Virus record (IMG/VR): IMGVR_UViG_3300002171_000008
Location: 272-64,271 of that record
Source: a virus
Lineage: Duplodnaviria; Caudoviricetes
Length of the DNA stretch: 64,000 nucleotides
Reading direction: 5' to 3' (one strand)
Below, in pieces: positions 35,739-46,082 of this stretch; position 1 is the stretch's first letter, and every line of letters starts with the position of its first letter. Below the pieces are notes generated by a model that saw only the letters and a list, made by a program, of their open reading frames with translations, made no database searches and was not told the origin of the DNA. The position numbers and the translations under genes were made by a program.

Positions 35739-36874
35739 TGGCAACACATTATGCACAATTTCACGGCCTGGATATCTCGATGGAGCTGGATCGAGACGGC
35801 ATGGACTCTGGCGGAGGCAACCGGAAAACCGATTCATACAGCCTGCCAGGTTGGAACAAGTCCGAGATCTCCGACGAAGGCCGGGACACCACTACTTACA
35901 GCGGCGAAATCCACAGCTACGAAGTAGCCGACATCCAGACCATTGTAGAGGAGTTCAATCGGGCACCCGAAGATGTGGAATTCTACCCATTTGACGAGGA
36001 TTATCACATATATGCGGCTACTGCCTCAGCCCGCTATGCCAGGTCGCTTGCTTGTGTGAGAAATGCACTCGATGCAAACTATTATCACGGCAACTTTGAA
36101 ATCACATGCAGGGAACCGTTCAAGTTCACTGCAAGACAGGGACTATTATATGACTCAGATGTCAGCCTTCCCGCGACAAGTAGTTCGATAACCGCAACCG
36201 GGGCGGATGGCAACACGATAAATTACCTTATGATGTCAGGCGACTATGACGCCGGGTACACGAAAAAAGTATATTTAACAGTAAATAAAACCTGGCTGCT
36301 CCTGATTAACCAAATGATGGCCGGGGACTGCTTTGAGCTATCCAGGTGGGGGGAAGTTTGCCATTCGTACACTGTGAATTGGCGCGCCCTAGCAACATTT
36401 GCCGAACTGCAGAATGACCTATGGGGGGGTGGATTCTGCACTGGTGGCGTGCTAGGTGACGATTTGCTAACCTTCACATCAGGCCATATCATGTTCCCAT
36501 TTAGCGGCCCGTTGCCGTGCGCGGATAGCCCGGCACCCAAGCTGGAGTTCTTTGTAGAGTCGGGTGCTCCGACTATATGGAGAGCATTTGAAGCCGACCT
36601 AAGCGACAAAGAAGAGGTAGACATCGACATCAAGGCAGGGCATAACTCGATTGAGATCCCTGGTTGCGATGGGCACTCATTTGTTTCCATCGGCCTGTAT
36701 GGGACTTTTTCGGTATCGAGCCTGTATGCCGAGGTACACCGCTACATAGCAGAATCGGAGCTGCCGGTTGTTGATGCGGGCGACGTGTTCACCATCCAGG
36801 TATCGGATGGTGCTATCTCTAATCATTCGTTGAGACATTTGGTAGCTGACTATTGCGATAAATTTTGGTGGTAA
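35735..36874 (+). CDS. Distal tail (Dit-like) protein
   Basis: Position; YSLPG...EGRD...YSG N-terminus. Confidence 0.4.
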   Translation: MMATHYAQFHGLDISMELDRDGMDSGGGNRKTDSYSLPGWNKSEISDEGRDTTTYSGEIHSYEVADIQTIVEEFNRAPEDVEFYPFDEDYHIYAATASARYARSLACVRNALDANYYHGNFEITCREPFKFTARQGLLYDSDVSLPATSSSITATGADGNTINYLMMSGDYDAGYTKKVYLTVNKTWLLLINQMMAGDCFELSRWGEVCHSYTVNWRALATFAELQNDLWGGGFCTGGVLGDDLLTFTSGHIMFPFSGPLPCADSPAPKLEFFVESGAPTIWRAFEADLSDKEEVDIDIKAGHNSIEIPGCDGHSFVSIGLYGTFSVSSLYAEVHRYIAESELPVVDAGDVFTIQVSDGAISNHSLRHLVADYCDKFWW

Positions 36875-36877
36875 TTA

Positions 36878-37891
36878 ATGGATAATGGAACTTATTGGAC
36901 TCTAGTGAACGCCTGCCGACCAGGCCCGACCGGCAGCGATGCGACGGCAGCCGATACCGGTGCGTGGGTCACAGCTACAACATACAACGAAAACGACCGG
37001 TGCACTCATGCCAGAAGTGGGCACGGCCAATCGGTGTATAGGTCGAAATCTACCCATCTATCTGCCGCAACAAGCGAGCCAGAAGTAGGTGGGACATGGG
37101 GGACCTATTGGGAGCTGTGGTGTGAAGGTGGAGAGGATGGGGCTGGAAGCGGGGATGTAACTTGTTCATCCGCATCAGTTGCAAACCAGTTGGCCGCATT
37201 TTATGATACGGGCGGGAAGCGGATCAAGCCATTGGTGGCAACTGAAAACGACGTATTCTTTAATAATCTAACTGCAATGTCTGCCGATGTTGATCCTGAT
37301 GCCGATTATGTAAAATTATTTGATAACTCTGCTCTGACCTATCGAAAATGCCTGACTAAAAAAATTCATAGGTCCACTGACACAATCTCCCTGATGTCGC
37401 AGGGCATCTGGAAACGGGCCGGTTATTTGCCGAGCGGAGCACCCACTAGTCATGATTTGCCAACAACCAGATTCGACTTGAAGGCTATCACATTTGGGCA
37501 TTCCGCAATCTCATATGCCAATTGCTCTTTCGTCATGCCGGACAGTTGGGATGGGGGTACCCTGACCGCAACCTTCCTAGGTACAACACCCACCGCTACT
37601 GCCGGAACCGTGCGAATGGCCATCAGTGGTCGAATGGCTGCCGATGGGGAAAGCTGTGATGTGGCGGGCAGCACGCTGGCAGGTGTCACCATGACGACCC
37701 ATGAGGCCGCCTATTACATGATATATTCTGATCCGGTGAGCTTCACCCCGGCGGCGCATGTTGCCGCTTCTAGAGCGGGCGGGAACAAAATCATGTTCCA
37801 GATCTGCCGGTATGTGACCTATGAGGACACATTGGCCGAGGACTTTTGGCTCACAGATGTAGTCATCCGGTATGGGGTGGGCGATGACTGA
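36878..37891 (+). CDS. Tail fibre/receptor-binding-like protein with carbohydrate-binding-like module
   Basis: GAWVTATTYNENDR...YW module; MPDSWDGG domain. Confidence 0.55.
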   Translation: MDNGTYWTLVNACRPGPTGSDATAADTGAWVTATTYNENDRCTHARSGHGQSVYRSKSTHLSAATSEPEVGGTWGTYWELWCEGGEDGAGSGDVTCSSASVANQLAAFYDTGGKRIKPLVATENDVFFNNLTAMSADVDPDADYVKLFDNSALTYRKCLTKKIHRSTDTISLMSQGIWKRAGYLPSGAPTSHDLPTTRFDLKAITFGHSAISYANCSFVMPDSWDGGTLTATFLGTTPTATAGTVRMAISGRMAADGESCDVAGSTLAGVTMTTHEAAYYMIYSDPVSFTPAAHVAASRAGGNKIMFQICRYVTYEDTLAEDFWLTDVVIRYGVGDD

Positions 37892-38399
37892 TTCTGTCCT
37901 GACGCTCTATCCCAACGGCGGCTCCGAAGGATGGGACCAGATGGGGCTAGGATATGATGGAGATCCTATCACCTGGAGCGTGTACAATTCTGGAACTGCC
38001 GTCATGTTCTCCTTGCAAGACGCCGCGGTCGCAGGTGACATATCCAAAATTGTCATAGCTCAAAGAATCGCTGCCAGCGACCAATATGGCAAATCGAGCA
38101 CAGTCTACGGCCAAACCAAGATCGATGGTACAACCTATGAGACGGCAGGCATAGTTCGAAATGTCGCTACCCCAACCTGGTATTATGTGGACGTGGCGGT
38201 GAATCCAGCAACCGGGGTTGCCTGGTTGTGGCCTGAGATTGATGCATTGCAAGCTGGTTTGCGTGTCGTAACAAATTATGGAGGCTGGTTATATCTTTAC
38301 CAATATAAAATCCAAGTATATTACAATCCAGGAACTTATGAAGATACCAGTAGCGGCGGAGCCAATGTCGGCATTTCGCCCGGCGGGATGGTGATCTGA
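37884..38399 (+). CDS. Minor tail protein
   Basis: NPATGVAWLWPEIDALQAG motif; position. Confidence 0.5.
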   Translation: MTDSVLTLYPNGGSEGWDQMGLGYDGDPITWSVYNSGTAVMFSLQDAAVAGDISKIVIAQRIAASDQYGKSSTVYGQTKIDGTTYETAGIVRNVATPTWYYVDVAVNPATGVAWLWPEIDALQAGLRVVTNYGGWLYLYQYKIQVYYNPGTYEDTSSGGANVGISPGGMVI

Positions 38400-39010
38400 T
38401 GGACCCAGTATATTTAAGAAGTGATGCTATTCCGGCAGTGCCCTATGCAGGCGAATGGGTAGCTGGAGTTGCAATTAAGAAAGGAGAGTTTCGGACCTAC
38501 GGCGGCCTGCTATTCATGGCAAATGTGGCGCATACATCCACAGCCGCCACAGCTCCTTATGCCGACCCGGCGGTCATCTATGCCAGACAATATAGAGGGG
38601 TATACTCCGCCACAACCACCTATGCGAAATATGATACTGTGACCAGCGCGGAGGGCAGTCAGTATATCTCGCTCATAGAGGACAATCTGGCCCATACGCC
38701 ACCCACCGACGGGACAGATAGCGTTTATTGGGCCTGCTATGCCAGAAGAGGACCGCAAGGGCTAAAAGGAGACGCCGGGTTCGCGGCAACTAATCAGTCC
38801 GTGGAGACTCCATCTGGTACAATGGACGGCAGCAATCAGACATTCACGTTGGCCCACACACCAGCGGGTAATATCCAGCTCTTCTATGGGGGTATTATGC
38901 TGAAGGAAGGCGTAGGATACGATTTCACGGTGTCGACTGCCACAATTACGCTATTGGGAGATATTAAGCCAGTCATTGGTGAGAACTTGCAGGCGGTTTA
39001 TCTATATTGA
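38399..39010 (+). CDS. Tail fibre-associated protein (two carbohydrate-binding-like repeats plus shared C-terminal domain)
   Basis: GEWVAGVAI..., GVYSATTTYAKYD...YW; C-terminus similar to 15497. Confidence 0.55.
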   Translation: MDPVYLRSDAIPAVPYAGEWVAGVAIKKGEFRTYGGLLFMANVAHTSTAATAPYADPAVIYARQYRGVYSATTTYAKYDTVTSAEGSQYISLIEDNLAHTPPTDGTDSVYWACYARRGPQGLKGDAGFAATNQSVETPSGTMDGSNQTFTLAHTPAGNIQLFYGGIMLKEGVGYDFTVSTATITLLGDIKPVIGENLQAVYLY

Positions 39011-39017
39011 GGTTGAT

Positions 39018-40679
39018 ATGAAACTAATTACAATTTTATTTTGCCTGACGTTACTGATATCAGGGGCACTTGCGGCTGAGACCAAATTGCCACCAAATAG
39101 AATCAACTGGTCACAGATGTTGCCAGAGGATGCAAATATCATCTTGAATGGTGGCGACATCCAGGGGCAGGAATTCGCTACTGAGTACGACACGATTGTT
39201 TACCCAAATGCGGATTTTACTGACATTTATGCCGTCTATGGCGGAAACCGAACACTGATAGATTCCGGCACAATTGGATCTGCCGTAAATACTCGCGTTA
39301 TCCGGGCAGGCGTCAATGCCACGCCCGAAAACGGCAAGATGCTGATAGCAGGTGGGCCGTACAGCCTGGAAGCCGACTTGAATTGCACCACCGGCGCGCC
39401 GTCCTATGTCAATTACTATGATGTGGCCCTGCCGATCACGAAAAACATCTATATTGAAGGACTTGGAAGGAATGCAACCACGCTCAGGTTAGCACCAAGC
39501 CAGTACAGCGACACGAAGCGCGGCCTACTGATATACATCTATTGTCCTTATACAGTGAGCGGTGACGGGGTTGGGACGGCCTACACGAACCTCGGCCTGG
39601 AGCACATGACGCTGGATGGTGACGTCGGCAACCAGACGCCGTACTACCATGATGGCGCGGGGGTGCTGTTGGTAGGATCTGTCCGAGGCCAGGCGCGTTT
39701 CAACGACTTGGAGATCAAGAACTCACCAAATCATGGCATGTACCTGGGCTACAACGGCGGCGGTTGGGAGCGGAACTCAGTGGTGCGGGATGTCTACTGC
39801 CACGACAATTGGGGCAGCTCGCAGATCGACAACACCGAAAACCTCGTCGTGGACGGCTTCATTTCCGAGAATGATTCATGGGGCATGTGGACAGCCAGCC
39901 GAAAGGCTCTCGTGTTGGATGGCATGTACGGCACATCAGGCCACTCGATAGTGAGTAATGTTCACATCATAGATGGCTCGATGTTCATCTTTGGGTACTG
40001 GAAGTCCAGAGACGACCTCTCTCTGAGGCTATCGAATCTATACATAGATTCGGAGGATATCGGAAAGCATGGCATATATATCCAGCATTGCAACAACGTG
40101 ACCATCTCGGATGGAACGATAGTGGCCGGAACAGGGAACTATGCGGCCAGCGTGACCAACTCCACAGGAATTACTTTCGATGATCTTGAGCTACGAGGAA
40201 AGCGTAGCTTGGTAGTGGAGGCAGGATATAGGTCAGACGTAAAAGTGAATGGCTGCGACCTCAATGCCTCGGAAGATGTCTTCCGGATCTATGGAGCGGG
40301 GTCAACCGCGCTCTTCACCGGCTGCGATTTAAATACCTCATCTGCAGCCGCATACCTAATCAACGTCCAGGCAGGCGCCAAGGCATCTCTGATTGGATGT
40401 CACGGTTCTGATAATGGACTGATCTATGTCTCTTCATCCAGCGGCGTCCTTGAGCACTCCGGAACATCCGGGCTAGGCTTGGAGGCCTACGGGGCAACAT
40501 CTGTAGCCGATGGGGGGACCATAGCCCACGGCATGAAGATCACGCCAACCTATGCGTCAGCAGACGGCACCCTGGCCGGCACAAACGCGGTAGTGACCGC
40601 AAAAGACGCTACTCATCTGACGATTGATCTGGATGGAGTGACGACCACACAGATAGTTAATTGGGAAGCAAAATACTAA
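39018..40679 (+). CDS. Second signal-peptide-bearing parallel beta-helix protein
   Basis: MKLITILFCLTLLISGALA leader; IEGLGRNATTL, LEHMTLDG; AHGM..TP tip domain. Confidence 0.65.
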   Translation: MKLITILFCLTLLISGALAAETKLPPNRINWSQMLPEDANIILNGGDIQGQEFATEYDTIVYPNADFTDIYAVYGGNRTLIDSGTIGSAVNTRVIRAGVNATPENGKMLIAGGPYSLEADLNCTTGAPSYVNYYDVALPITKNIYIEGLGRNATTLRLAPSQYSDTKRGLLIYIYCPYTVSGDGVGTAYTNLGLEHMTLDGDVGNQTPYYHDGAGVLLVGSVRGQARFNDLEIKNSPNHGMYLGYNGGGWERNSVVRDVYCHDNWGSSQIDNTENLVVDGFISENDSWGMWTASRKALVLDGMYGTSGHSIVSNVHIIDGSMFIFGYWKSRDDLSLRLSNLYIDSEDIGKHGIYIQHCNNVTISDGTIVAGTGNYAASVTNSTGITFDDLELRGKRSLVVEAGYRSDVKVNGCDLNASEDVFRIYGAGSTALFTGCDLNTSSAAAYLINVQAGAKASLIGCHGSDNGLIYVSSSSGVLEHSGTSGLGLEAYGATSVADGGTIAHGMKITPTYASADGTLAGTNAVVTAKDATHLTIDLDGVTTTQIVNWEAKY

Positions 40680-40680
40680 A

Positions 40681-40746
40681 CTTTTTTAGTCTGTAATTCG
40701 CCGCTGCGAATTGCCATTTTGCTCAGAGGGCTTGCTTTCCTCTGAG
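40681..40746 (+). terminator. T-tract plus two hairpins ending the tail module
   Basis: AATTCGC/GCGAATT and CTCAGAGG/CCTCTGAG stems. Confidence 0.5.
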
Positions 40747-40789
40747 ATCTTCAAAAGATTTATATGCGATCGGATTCTAAACATGATGC

Positions 40790-40987
40790 ATGAATCCGAT
40801 CTACATATTAGCGGTAGCGTTGCTTATTTCGCTATCTAGTGGCCTGGAGCTATCCATAGCAGGCAACTCCACCGGTGCAGGATATAGTGAGATGACTATC
40901 ATTTGTCCGGATTGCAACATATCAGGAAACGCCACAACCTGGATTGCGGAGCTGCCTACTCATGACATTTTTGGCGGCAACATTTGA
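40790..40987 (+). CDS. Small secreted protein
   Basis: Hydrophobic leader MNPIYILAVALLISLSSG. Confidence 0.5.
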   Translation: MNPIYILAVALLISLSSGLELSIAGNSTGAGYSEMTIICPDCNISGNATTWIAELPTHDIFGGNI

Positions 40988-41402
40988 CTAATCGCGCTGC
41001 GTGACCGTCTCCCATGTGGCATTCTAGCGCCACATCAAATATGTTGGCATCGGGATGCGTAGACAGATATGCGGCGACCTCGGATTCATCCCGCGCGGCC
41101 TGTTGTTTTGTGGTCCCGGCCAAAATCGGGCATGGTGCACGTTTTTGTTGCCGATGAAACCTTGATGGGATTCGCGATTTCTGTTTTGCGATAAGCATTT
41201 TGCCGCGTTTTGTTACTTTCCATATATTTGTATTATGTCCTCGATGGAAATGTTTTCCTACGATTTCTATAAATTTATTATCTGATAATTTACATAATTC
41301 TCCGCCGGTGATTTTGATTGGCAATTCGCTCGACCGGAACGGGCGATCAATTGGCATGTCTTGTAGGTAGGACATGGCATAGATCTGAAATGTGGTTGAC
41401 AC
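40956..41402 (-). CDS. Winged-helix-like DNA-binding protein
   Basis: wHTH-like N-terminus, C-terminal HTH-like segment. Confidence 0.5.
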   Translation of the reverse strand: MSTTFQIYAMSYLQDMPIDRPFRSSELPIKITGGELCKLSDNKFIEIVGKHFHRGHNTNIWKVTKRGKMLIAKQKSRIPSRFHRQQKRAPCPILAGTTKQQAARDESEVAAYLSTHPDANIFDVALECHMGDGHAARLVKCCRQKCHE

Positions 41403-41478
41403 AATGAAAATGGTGATGGCTTCCTATAAATAGGCTACCACAGTTATCTATTTATGCGATCACCGTAGATAACCTAGC

Positions 41479-42030
41479 ATGATTGACATATTCAAGTCAC
41501 CAAGTGGCAAGCGAATTGTCGCTATAAATGAAGAATCTGGAATAGTGGGTCATATGGTGCCCGGTGGCATCCTGCTGGCTGGAACGGATGAATCGATTGG
41601 CCAATTGCGGATAGCTCTGAATAGCGAGCGTGATGGGTGGGATAAGGAAGCAATTGAGGCTTGTAAGTTCAAGCTGCTCCCGCTATCTGCCGATCGGAAA
41701 GCCGAGATCTTACGCCTATCCGCCAATGGGCTCAAGTCGGCGGAGATAGCAAAAAAACTTGCTCTAAATGGAAAACAGGTACATGGAGTCATACAGGCCA
41801 ACAGGTACCCGATACTCGACAATATAGCAAAGAAAGCCGCGAAGGAGATTGCCCCGAAGCCGCCCATGACGGAATCCGATAAGAGGCAATCTATGATTGA
41901 CAAAATCATCTCGGATGGGCGAAAAGCTGGTCATGGGTATGTGCAAATCGCGGATACCATAAATCGCGATGTAGGCGGCAATTGGTTGCCTAATGATGTG
42001 CATAGGCGAATTGTGGAGATGAAAAAGTGA
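41479..42030 (+). CDS. HTH-containing protein
   Basis: GLKSAEIAKKLALNGKQV HTH. Confidence 0.6.
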   Translation: MIDIFKSPSGKRIVAINEESGIVGHMVPGGILLAGTDESIGQLRIALNSERDGWDKEAIEACKFKLLPLSADRKAEILRLSANGLKSAEIAKKLALNGKQVHGVIQANRYPILDNIAKKAAKEIAPKPPMTESDKRQSMIDKIISDGRKAGHGYVQIADTINRDVGGNWLPNDVHRRIVEMKK

Positions 42031-42257
42031 CGGATAACAATTACAAATACCTCTGGATGGCATTTATCTGGATATGTGGGGTTCTGATCGGAGCTGTTAT
42101 TCAACACGCGGCTGACGAAATCCAGATAGAAGATGCCTATGCGGATGGATGGGACGATGCCACCGGATGGTGCGAAGAATACTATGTTCAATCCATTCCC
42201 ACCGAACGAATATACAATCTGACATTTGTGAACAGTCCCAACCACATCGGCGGGTGA
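42027..42257 (+). CDS. Small membrane protein
   Basis: N-terminal TM segment. Confidence 0.5.
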   Translation: MTDNNYKYLWMAFIWICGVLIGAVIQHAADEIQIEDAYADGWDDATGWCEEYYVQSIPTERIYNLTFVNSPNHIGG

Positions 42258-42263
42258 CCAACC

Positions 42264-42452
42264 ATGAGCTACAACCAAGATGTCGTCCTAGAGTTCATCA
42301 AAAAACATCCCGGCGGTTTCGCACAAGATATCTCTCGGAGTACCGGAATTATTGATATAGGCAAGCCGCTGCGTGCTCTGGTAAGAGATGGATTGGTTAG
42401 ATCTGAAAGTAACCCGTATCGTGGCGCAAAACGCTATTGGGCACTACCATGA
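42264..42452 (+). CDS. Small winged-HTH protein
   Basis: VLEFIKKHPG...LRALVRDGLV. Confidence 0.6.
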   Translation: MSYNQDVVLEFIKKHPGGFAQDISRSTGIIDIGKPLRALVRDGLVRSESNPYRGAKRYWALP

Positions 42453-42664
42453 GACATGAACCATCTTGCTCATGCGAAATTTGTGTCGCGTGGCGATATG
42501 CAATGCTGCAAGCTGCCCATCCGCTCATGAACAAGGAGATCAAGCCAACCAGGATCATTGTGCCCACAGAACAGGCCATAGCACAACTTATGGAAGCGAG
42601 AGAAACATATGCAAATCGCATAGCAGAGATTGATTTACAATTGAAGGATTTGAGGGATATTTGA
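42437..42664 (+). CDS. Hypothetical protein
   Basis: ORF track. Confidence 0.45.
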   Translation: MGTTMRHEPSCSCEICVAWRYAMLQAAHPLMNKEIKPTRIIVPTEQAIAQLMEARETYANRIAEIDLQLKDLRDI

Positions 42665-42864
42665 TGAGTGGCGGACGTTGGGATTACAGAGATCGGAATA
42701 TGTCTGATCTGATCAGGCCAATCATGATACCAGGAATTTTGCAGGCTCTTGAAGCTGTATTTTATGAGATCGATTTGGCAGAAAGTGGCGACGCTGATCG
42801 CGAATGTATAGAACCAAAGATTTACGACATGATAAAGAAATTGGGAGATGATATGTTTGGTTGA
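42661..42864 (+). CDS. Hypothetical protein (MSGG.WDY family)
   Basis: ORF track, ATGA overlap. Confidence 0.55.
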   Translation: MMSGGRWDYRDRNMSDLIRPIMIPGILQALEAVFYEIDLAESGDADRECIEPKIYDMIKKLGDDMFG

Positions 42865-43108
42865 AGTAATCGTCTATTCCACATCCACCTGCCCGCGCTG
42901 TAAGCTCCTCATCTCGGAGCTGCAAGCGGCGGGCCTGGCATGCTCCGAAAAAGAACTCGATTCAGAAGTGATGGCCGAATGTGCATGTTGTACCGGAATT
43001 TCGGTTAGGGAAGCGCCGTTGGTTCAGATCGGAGCTATCTGGCTTTTTGCCGATGACTTGTTTGGCCGGGACAATAACCTACTGCCTGGTTGGAGGAGGA
43101 ATTTTTAA
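42848..43108 (+). CDS. Glutaredoxin/NrdH-like protein
   Basis: VYSTSTCPRCKLL, APLVQIG. Confidence 0.7.
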   Translation: MICLVEVIVYSTSTCPRCKLLISELQAAGLACSEKELDSEVMAECACCTGISVREAPLVQIGAIWLFADDLFGRDNNLLPGWRRNF

Positions 43109-43242
43109 ATGGAGGATATATTTATGCTGGATGCGGCCTCCCAGCTGCATGATGACGGCTACATCACAGATGAGGCCTATGAGAGGTATAAGCAGCATAT
43201 TGGGGAGAATATCATCAGGGAGCATGAGAAATATAAGAGGCC

Positions 43243-43497
43243 GTGGTGGAAAATATGGTAGGTGATGACCTGACCGGCCATTGTCGTTCATGTTTTTGGA
43301 ATAAAAATCTACCAAGATGCGAACCGGCCAAAATGATAGCGCAATCCGGTTCATGTCCCGATTGGAGGATGTATAAGTTGTCAGATGCTGATAAGGTTGC
43401 CGAGAAAAGTAAGCAAGCTGACGCTTACATGCGGGATAAGGAGAGGAGAAAACTGACCAGGGAACAAAGAAGAAAGGATGGGAGAGGGGGAGCTTAA
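43243..43497 (+). CDS. Small Cys-rich protein
   Basis: CRSC...C...CPDW. Confidence 0.45.
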   Translation: MVENMVGDDLTGHCRSCFWNKNLPRCEPAKMIAQSGSCPDWRMYKLSDADKVAEKSKQADAYMRDKERRKLTREQRRKDGRGGA

Positions 43498-43508
43498 AAG
43501 AAGACTGA

Positions 43509-44243
43509 TCAGTCTTCTTGTTCTATCCTCGGCGCGAGCAGGTAGCTCACAAATATATTTTCTCCGATATTCAAACTAACCCGGCAGGGATAATCTACTC
43601 CAGTCTCGATTTTAATAGAATTTTTTGCAAAGACCCTAGCCATGTTGGGATATAGATAATCCAGGCTGAATAGCGCCCGGCTAACTCCATGCTTCACGCC
43701 GGTAAGCTCGGACAGGGCAAACTCCACATTTGCCGAGTCGATATCGCCCTTTGCTGAGATGGAAAACTTCTCCTCATCCTGTTCAAAGATGGCATGGTCT
43801 GCCACCTTTTCAACCGCTCTAACCGCATCCTGAAAGTCACTCCCCCGCATAACGATCTCACATGGCATATCCAGTTGTGGGATACGTGGCCCTGCCTTGA
43901 TGCTGGTTGGGTCGATTAGGGACATGTTATATTTTGTTTTGCCCTGAGAGATTTTTAGCCGGTGCGTGGCTTCATCGAGTTCTATTGATACTGGTATGTC
44001 CTTTATGTCCGTGTATTTCTTCAGAGTGACCAGACTCATTGCCAGGTCTAGCTTTCCGGCCTGGTAAAAGTCGAATGCTTCCCTTTTGGCCTGCATGAAG
44101 ACCATAGCAACGTTTGATGGGTCCACCGCTTCAATGCGGAAGCCATTCTCGTCTATCTGGAGCTTGATGTCATCCTCGACTACGGCTTCGATTGCGTCAA
44201 TGATGTCTTTTAGGATGGATTGTTTTATGACGAATTTGAACAT
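43509..44243 (-). CDS. pcn: PCNA sliding clamp
   Basis: AVDPSNVAMV, ALFSLDYL, YLLAPRIE; 244 aa. Confidence 0.93.
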   Translation of the reverse strand: MFKFVIKQSILKDIIDAIEAVVEDDIKLQIDENGFRIEAVDPSNVAMVFMQAKREAFDFYQAGKLDLAMSLVTLKKYTDIKDIPVSIELDEATHRLKISQGKTKYNMSLIDPTSIKAGPRIPQLDMPCEIVMRGSDFQDAVRAVEKVADHAIFEQDEEKFSISAKGDIDSANVEFALSELTGVKHGVSRALFSLDYLYPNMARVFAKNSIKIETGVDYPCRVSLNIGENIFVSYLLAPRIEQED

Positions 44244-44494
44244 TTAGATCACCTTTAATTCAAATATCAGATTGCTTTCAACCATGAGCTTTTCTAGTAC
44301 ACTTGGCAGCGTTTTTTGAACTTCTTCAGTTAGCTTTTTGTCAAAATTCTTTTAAACTGATGGTAGATTCTTTCTCCCATTCTCTGATGATTGTATCCCA
44401 TCAGTTCTATGCAGTCATCGCATATTTTTATCTTTGAGCCGGAATGGTTAAATTTGCTTACCGGATGTTCTCGTTCACAGATTTTACAAAACAT

Positions 44495-45979
44495 TTACTC
44501 CACTTTCTCGAATTTAAACAAGTCCACTTGCTTAGGTTCGTTCTCCTCTTCATCAGCAAACTTGAATAGATCAACCTGCCGAGGTAAATCGCCCTCTCGA
44601 TTGGCTTGGTTCAAGTAATCGCAGGCCTGGTCGAAGTAGGACTTCTTCAACTCAAACCCTATGAAGTTCCTATGTTTTCTCACGGCAGTATATCCTTCCG
44701 AGCCAATGCCAGCGAACGGACTTAAGACCGTGTCACCTTCGTTAGTCCACAGTTCAAGGCAACGATCTATCAGGCCTAATTGTAGCGGGCAGATATGTTT
44801 TTCATCTTCATACTCTCTGACAGATTTATTATTTAGGGTGTCTGTCTGCAAGATATCCATCCACACGGGATCGGCGTACTTTTGCCAGGCAGGAAGCGGT
44901 ATCTCCGACTCGCTGCCTTCAGCATGAACTATCGGTTCTGCATTGTCGCCCGGCTTTCGCATGGTGATTACATAGTCAGCTAATCCTTGCCGTGAGATAC
45001 TGGAATCTTGTTTGAGCTGCTTATAGAGTAGGCCCTGAGTCTTGGTGCGGTACATTTCGGTGACAGGCGACTTGTAAATAGTCACACGGCTGTGGTAGTG
45101 AAATCCTGCTTTCTCAAATACCTTGATCAAATGCCCTGGTAAGTCCTGGAGGCCGGCAAAGCCATCTTTATACTTGAAGGCAGGGATATCGGCACAATGG
45201 AAGGACATTAGTCTGCCAGGTTTTAGGATCCGGTATAACTCATCCGCCACGTATCCCATATGGGCCTCAAATTCTTCCATTGAACGAGAGTTTCCAAGAT
45301 CTTTATTGCTATTGCTATAGACGAATATGTTCTTGAAGGGCGGGCTATAGATCTCATAGTGGACCGATTCGCTTTCAAGCTTTCTCATTTCGGTGACGCA
45401 ATCCCCTAGATACATCTTCCAGTTCTTGCCTTCTTTCGTCTCTGGTTTGTAATCATCTTGCTCTGTTCTGGTTGCTTTCAGGTTTTCAGAGCATATTTCT
45501 TGAGTTGCAGATATCATACCGCTTAACATCTCCTGGAATTTCTTCTCTTTCTTCTCAATGTTCTTTACTACCGCGCCCTCAGACTCTGAGGTTATGACAT
45601 ATACATCAACTGGTTTGGTTTGGCCGAATCTCCAGCACCGGCGCACGGCTTGATAATATTGCTCAAAACTATCCGACAGGCCCGTAAATATCATCTTGTG
45701 GCAGCATTGGAAATTGAGCCCGAATCCGAATATTGATGATTTGCTTATTAATATTTTAATATTACCATTTGCAAACTCCTTAGCAGCTTGCGCCTTCTTT
45801 TCAGGTTCGTCTGCTCCTCTGATCTCAGTGCTCCCTGGAATGGCTTTCTTCAGGGCATCAGCTTCCACATTCAGATCGCACCAAACTAGCCACTGCCCAT
45901 CTAATGAGTTGACTATCTCGGCAACCTTGGAAACTCGTTGCTCTAAGCTATTTCTCCTAGCCCCTCTGCGATCCTGCAA
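44495..45979 (-). CDS. Helicase C-terminal domain fused to beta-class N4C/N6A DNA methyltransferase (helicase ATPase domain missing)
   Basis: GFGLNFQ and QAVRRCWRFGQ helicase motifs; YSPPF and SPFAGIGSEG MTase motifs. Confidence 0.8.
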   Translation of the reverse strand: MQDRRGARRNSLEQRVSKVAEIVNSLDGQWLVWCDLNVEADALKKAIPGSTEIRGADEPEKKAQAAKEFANGNIKILISKSSIFGFGLNFQCCHKMIFTGLSDSFEQYYQAVRRCWRFGQTKPVDVYVITSESEGAVVKNIEKKEKKFQEMLSGMISATQEICSENLKATRTEQDDYKPETKEGKNWKMYLGDCVTEMRKLESESVHYEIYSPPFKNIFVYSNSNKDLGNSRSMEEFEAHMGYVADELYRILKPGRLMSFHCADIPAFKYKDGFAGLQDLPGHLIKVFEKAGFHYHSRVTIYKSPVTEMYRTKTQGLLYKQLKQDSSISRQGLADYVITMRKPGDNAEPIVHAEGSESEIPLPAWQKYADPVWMDILQTDTLNNKSVREYEDEKHICPLQLGLIDRCLELWTNEGDTVLSPFAGIGSEGYTAVRKHRNFIGFELKKSYFDQACDYLNQANREGDLPRQVDLFKFADEEENEPKQVDLFKFEKVE

Positions 45980-46082
45980 TGTCAGCTTGAAAAGTAAACA
46001 GCTTCGAATTTACATCAACGGCTTGAAATCCGCTAGGTTTTGCCTTAAACTGTTTAGATTCCAAGAACGCTTCATAATCCAT
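45957..46082 (-). pseudogene. Orphaned N-terminus of the helicase-MTase gene (41 aa, out of frame)
   Basis: MDYEAFLESKQ...SGF...LFTFQADI with GAGGTGA SD; junction at ACATTG. Confidence 0.65.

Noticed and set aside
15973-40679. Diversity-generating retroelement acting on tail adhesins
   Set aside because: No reverse transcriptase and no near-identical TR/VR pair differing at adenines was seen.
43498-43519. Protelomerase (tel) site
   Set aside because: No tyrosine-recombinase-like protelomerase ORF was recognised and the genome maps as a circle elsewhere.
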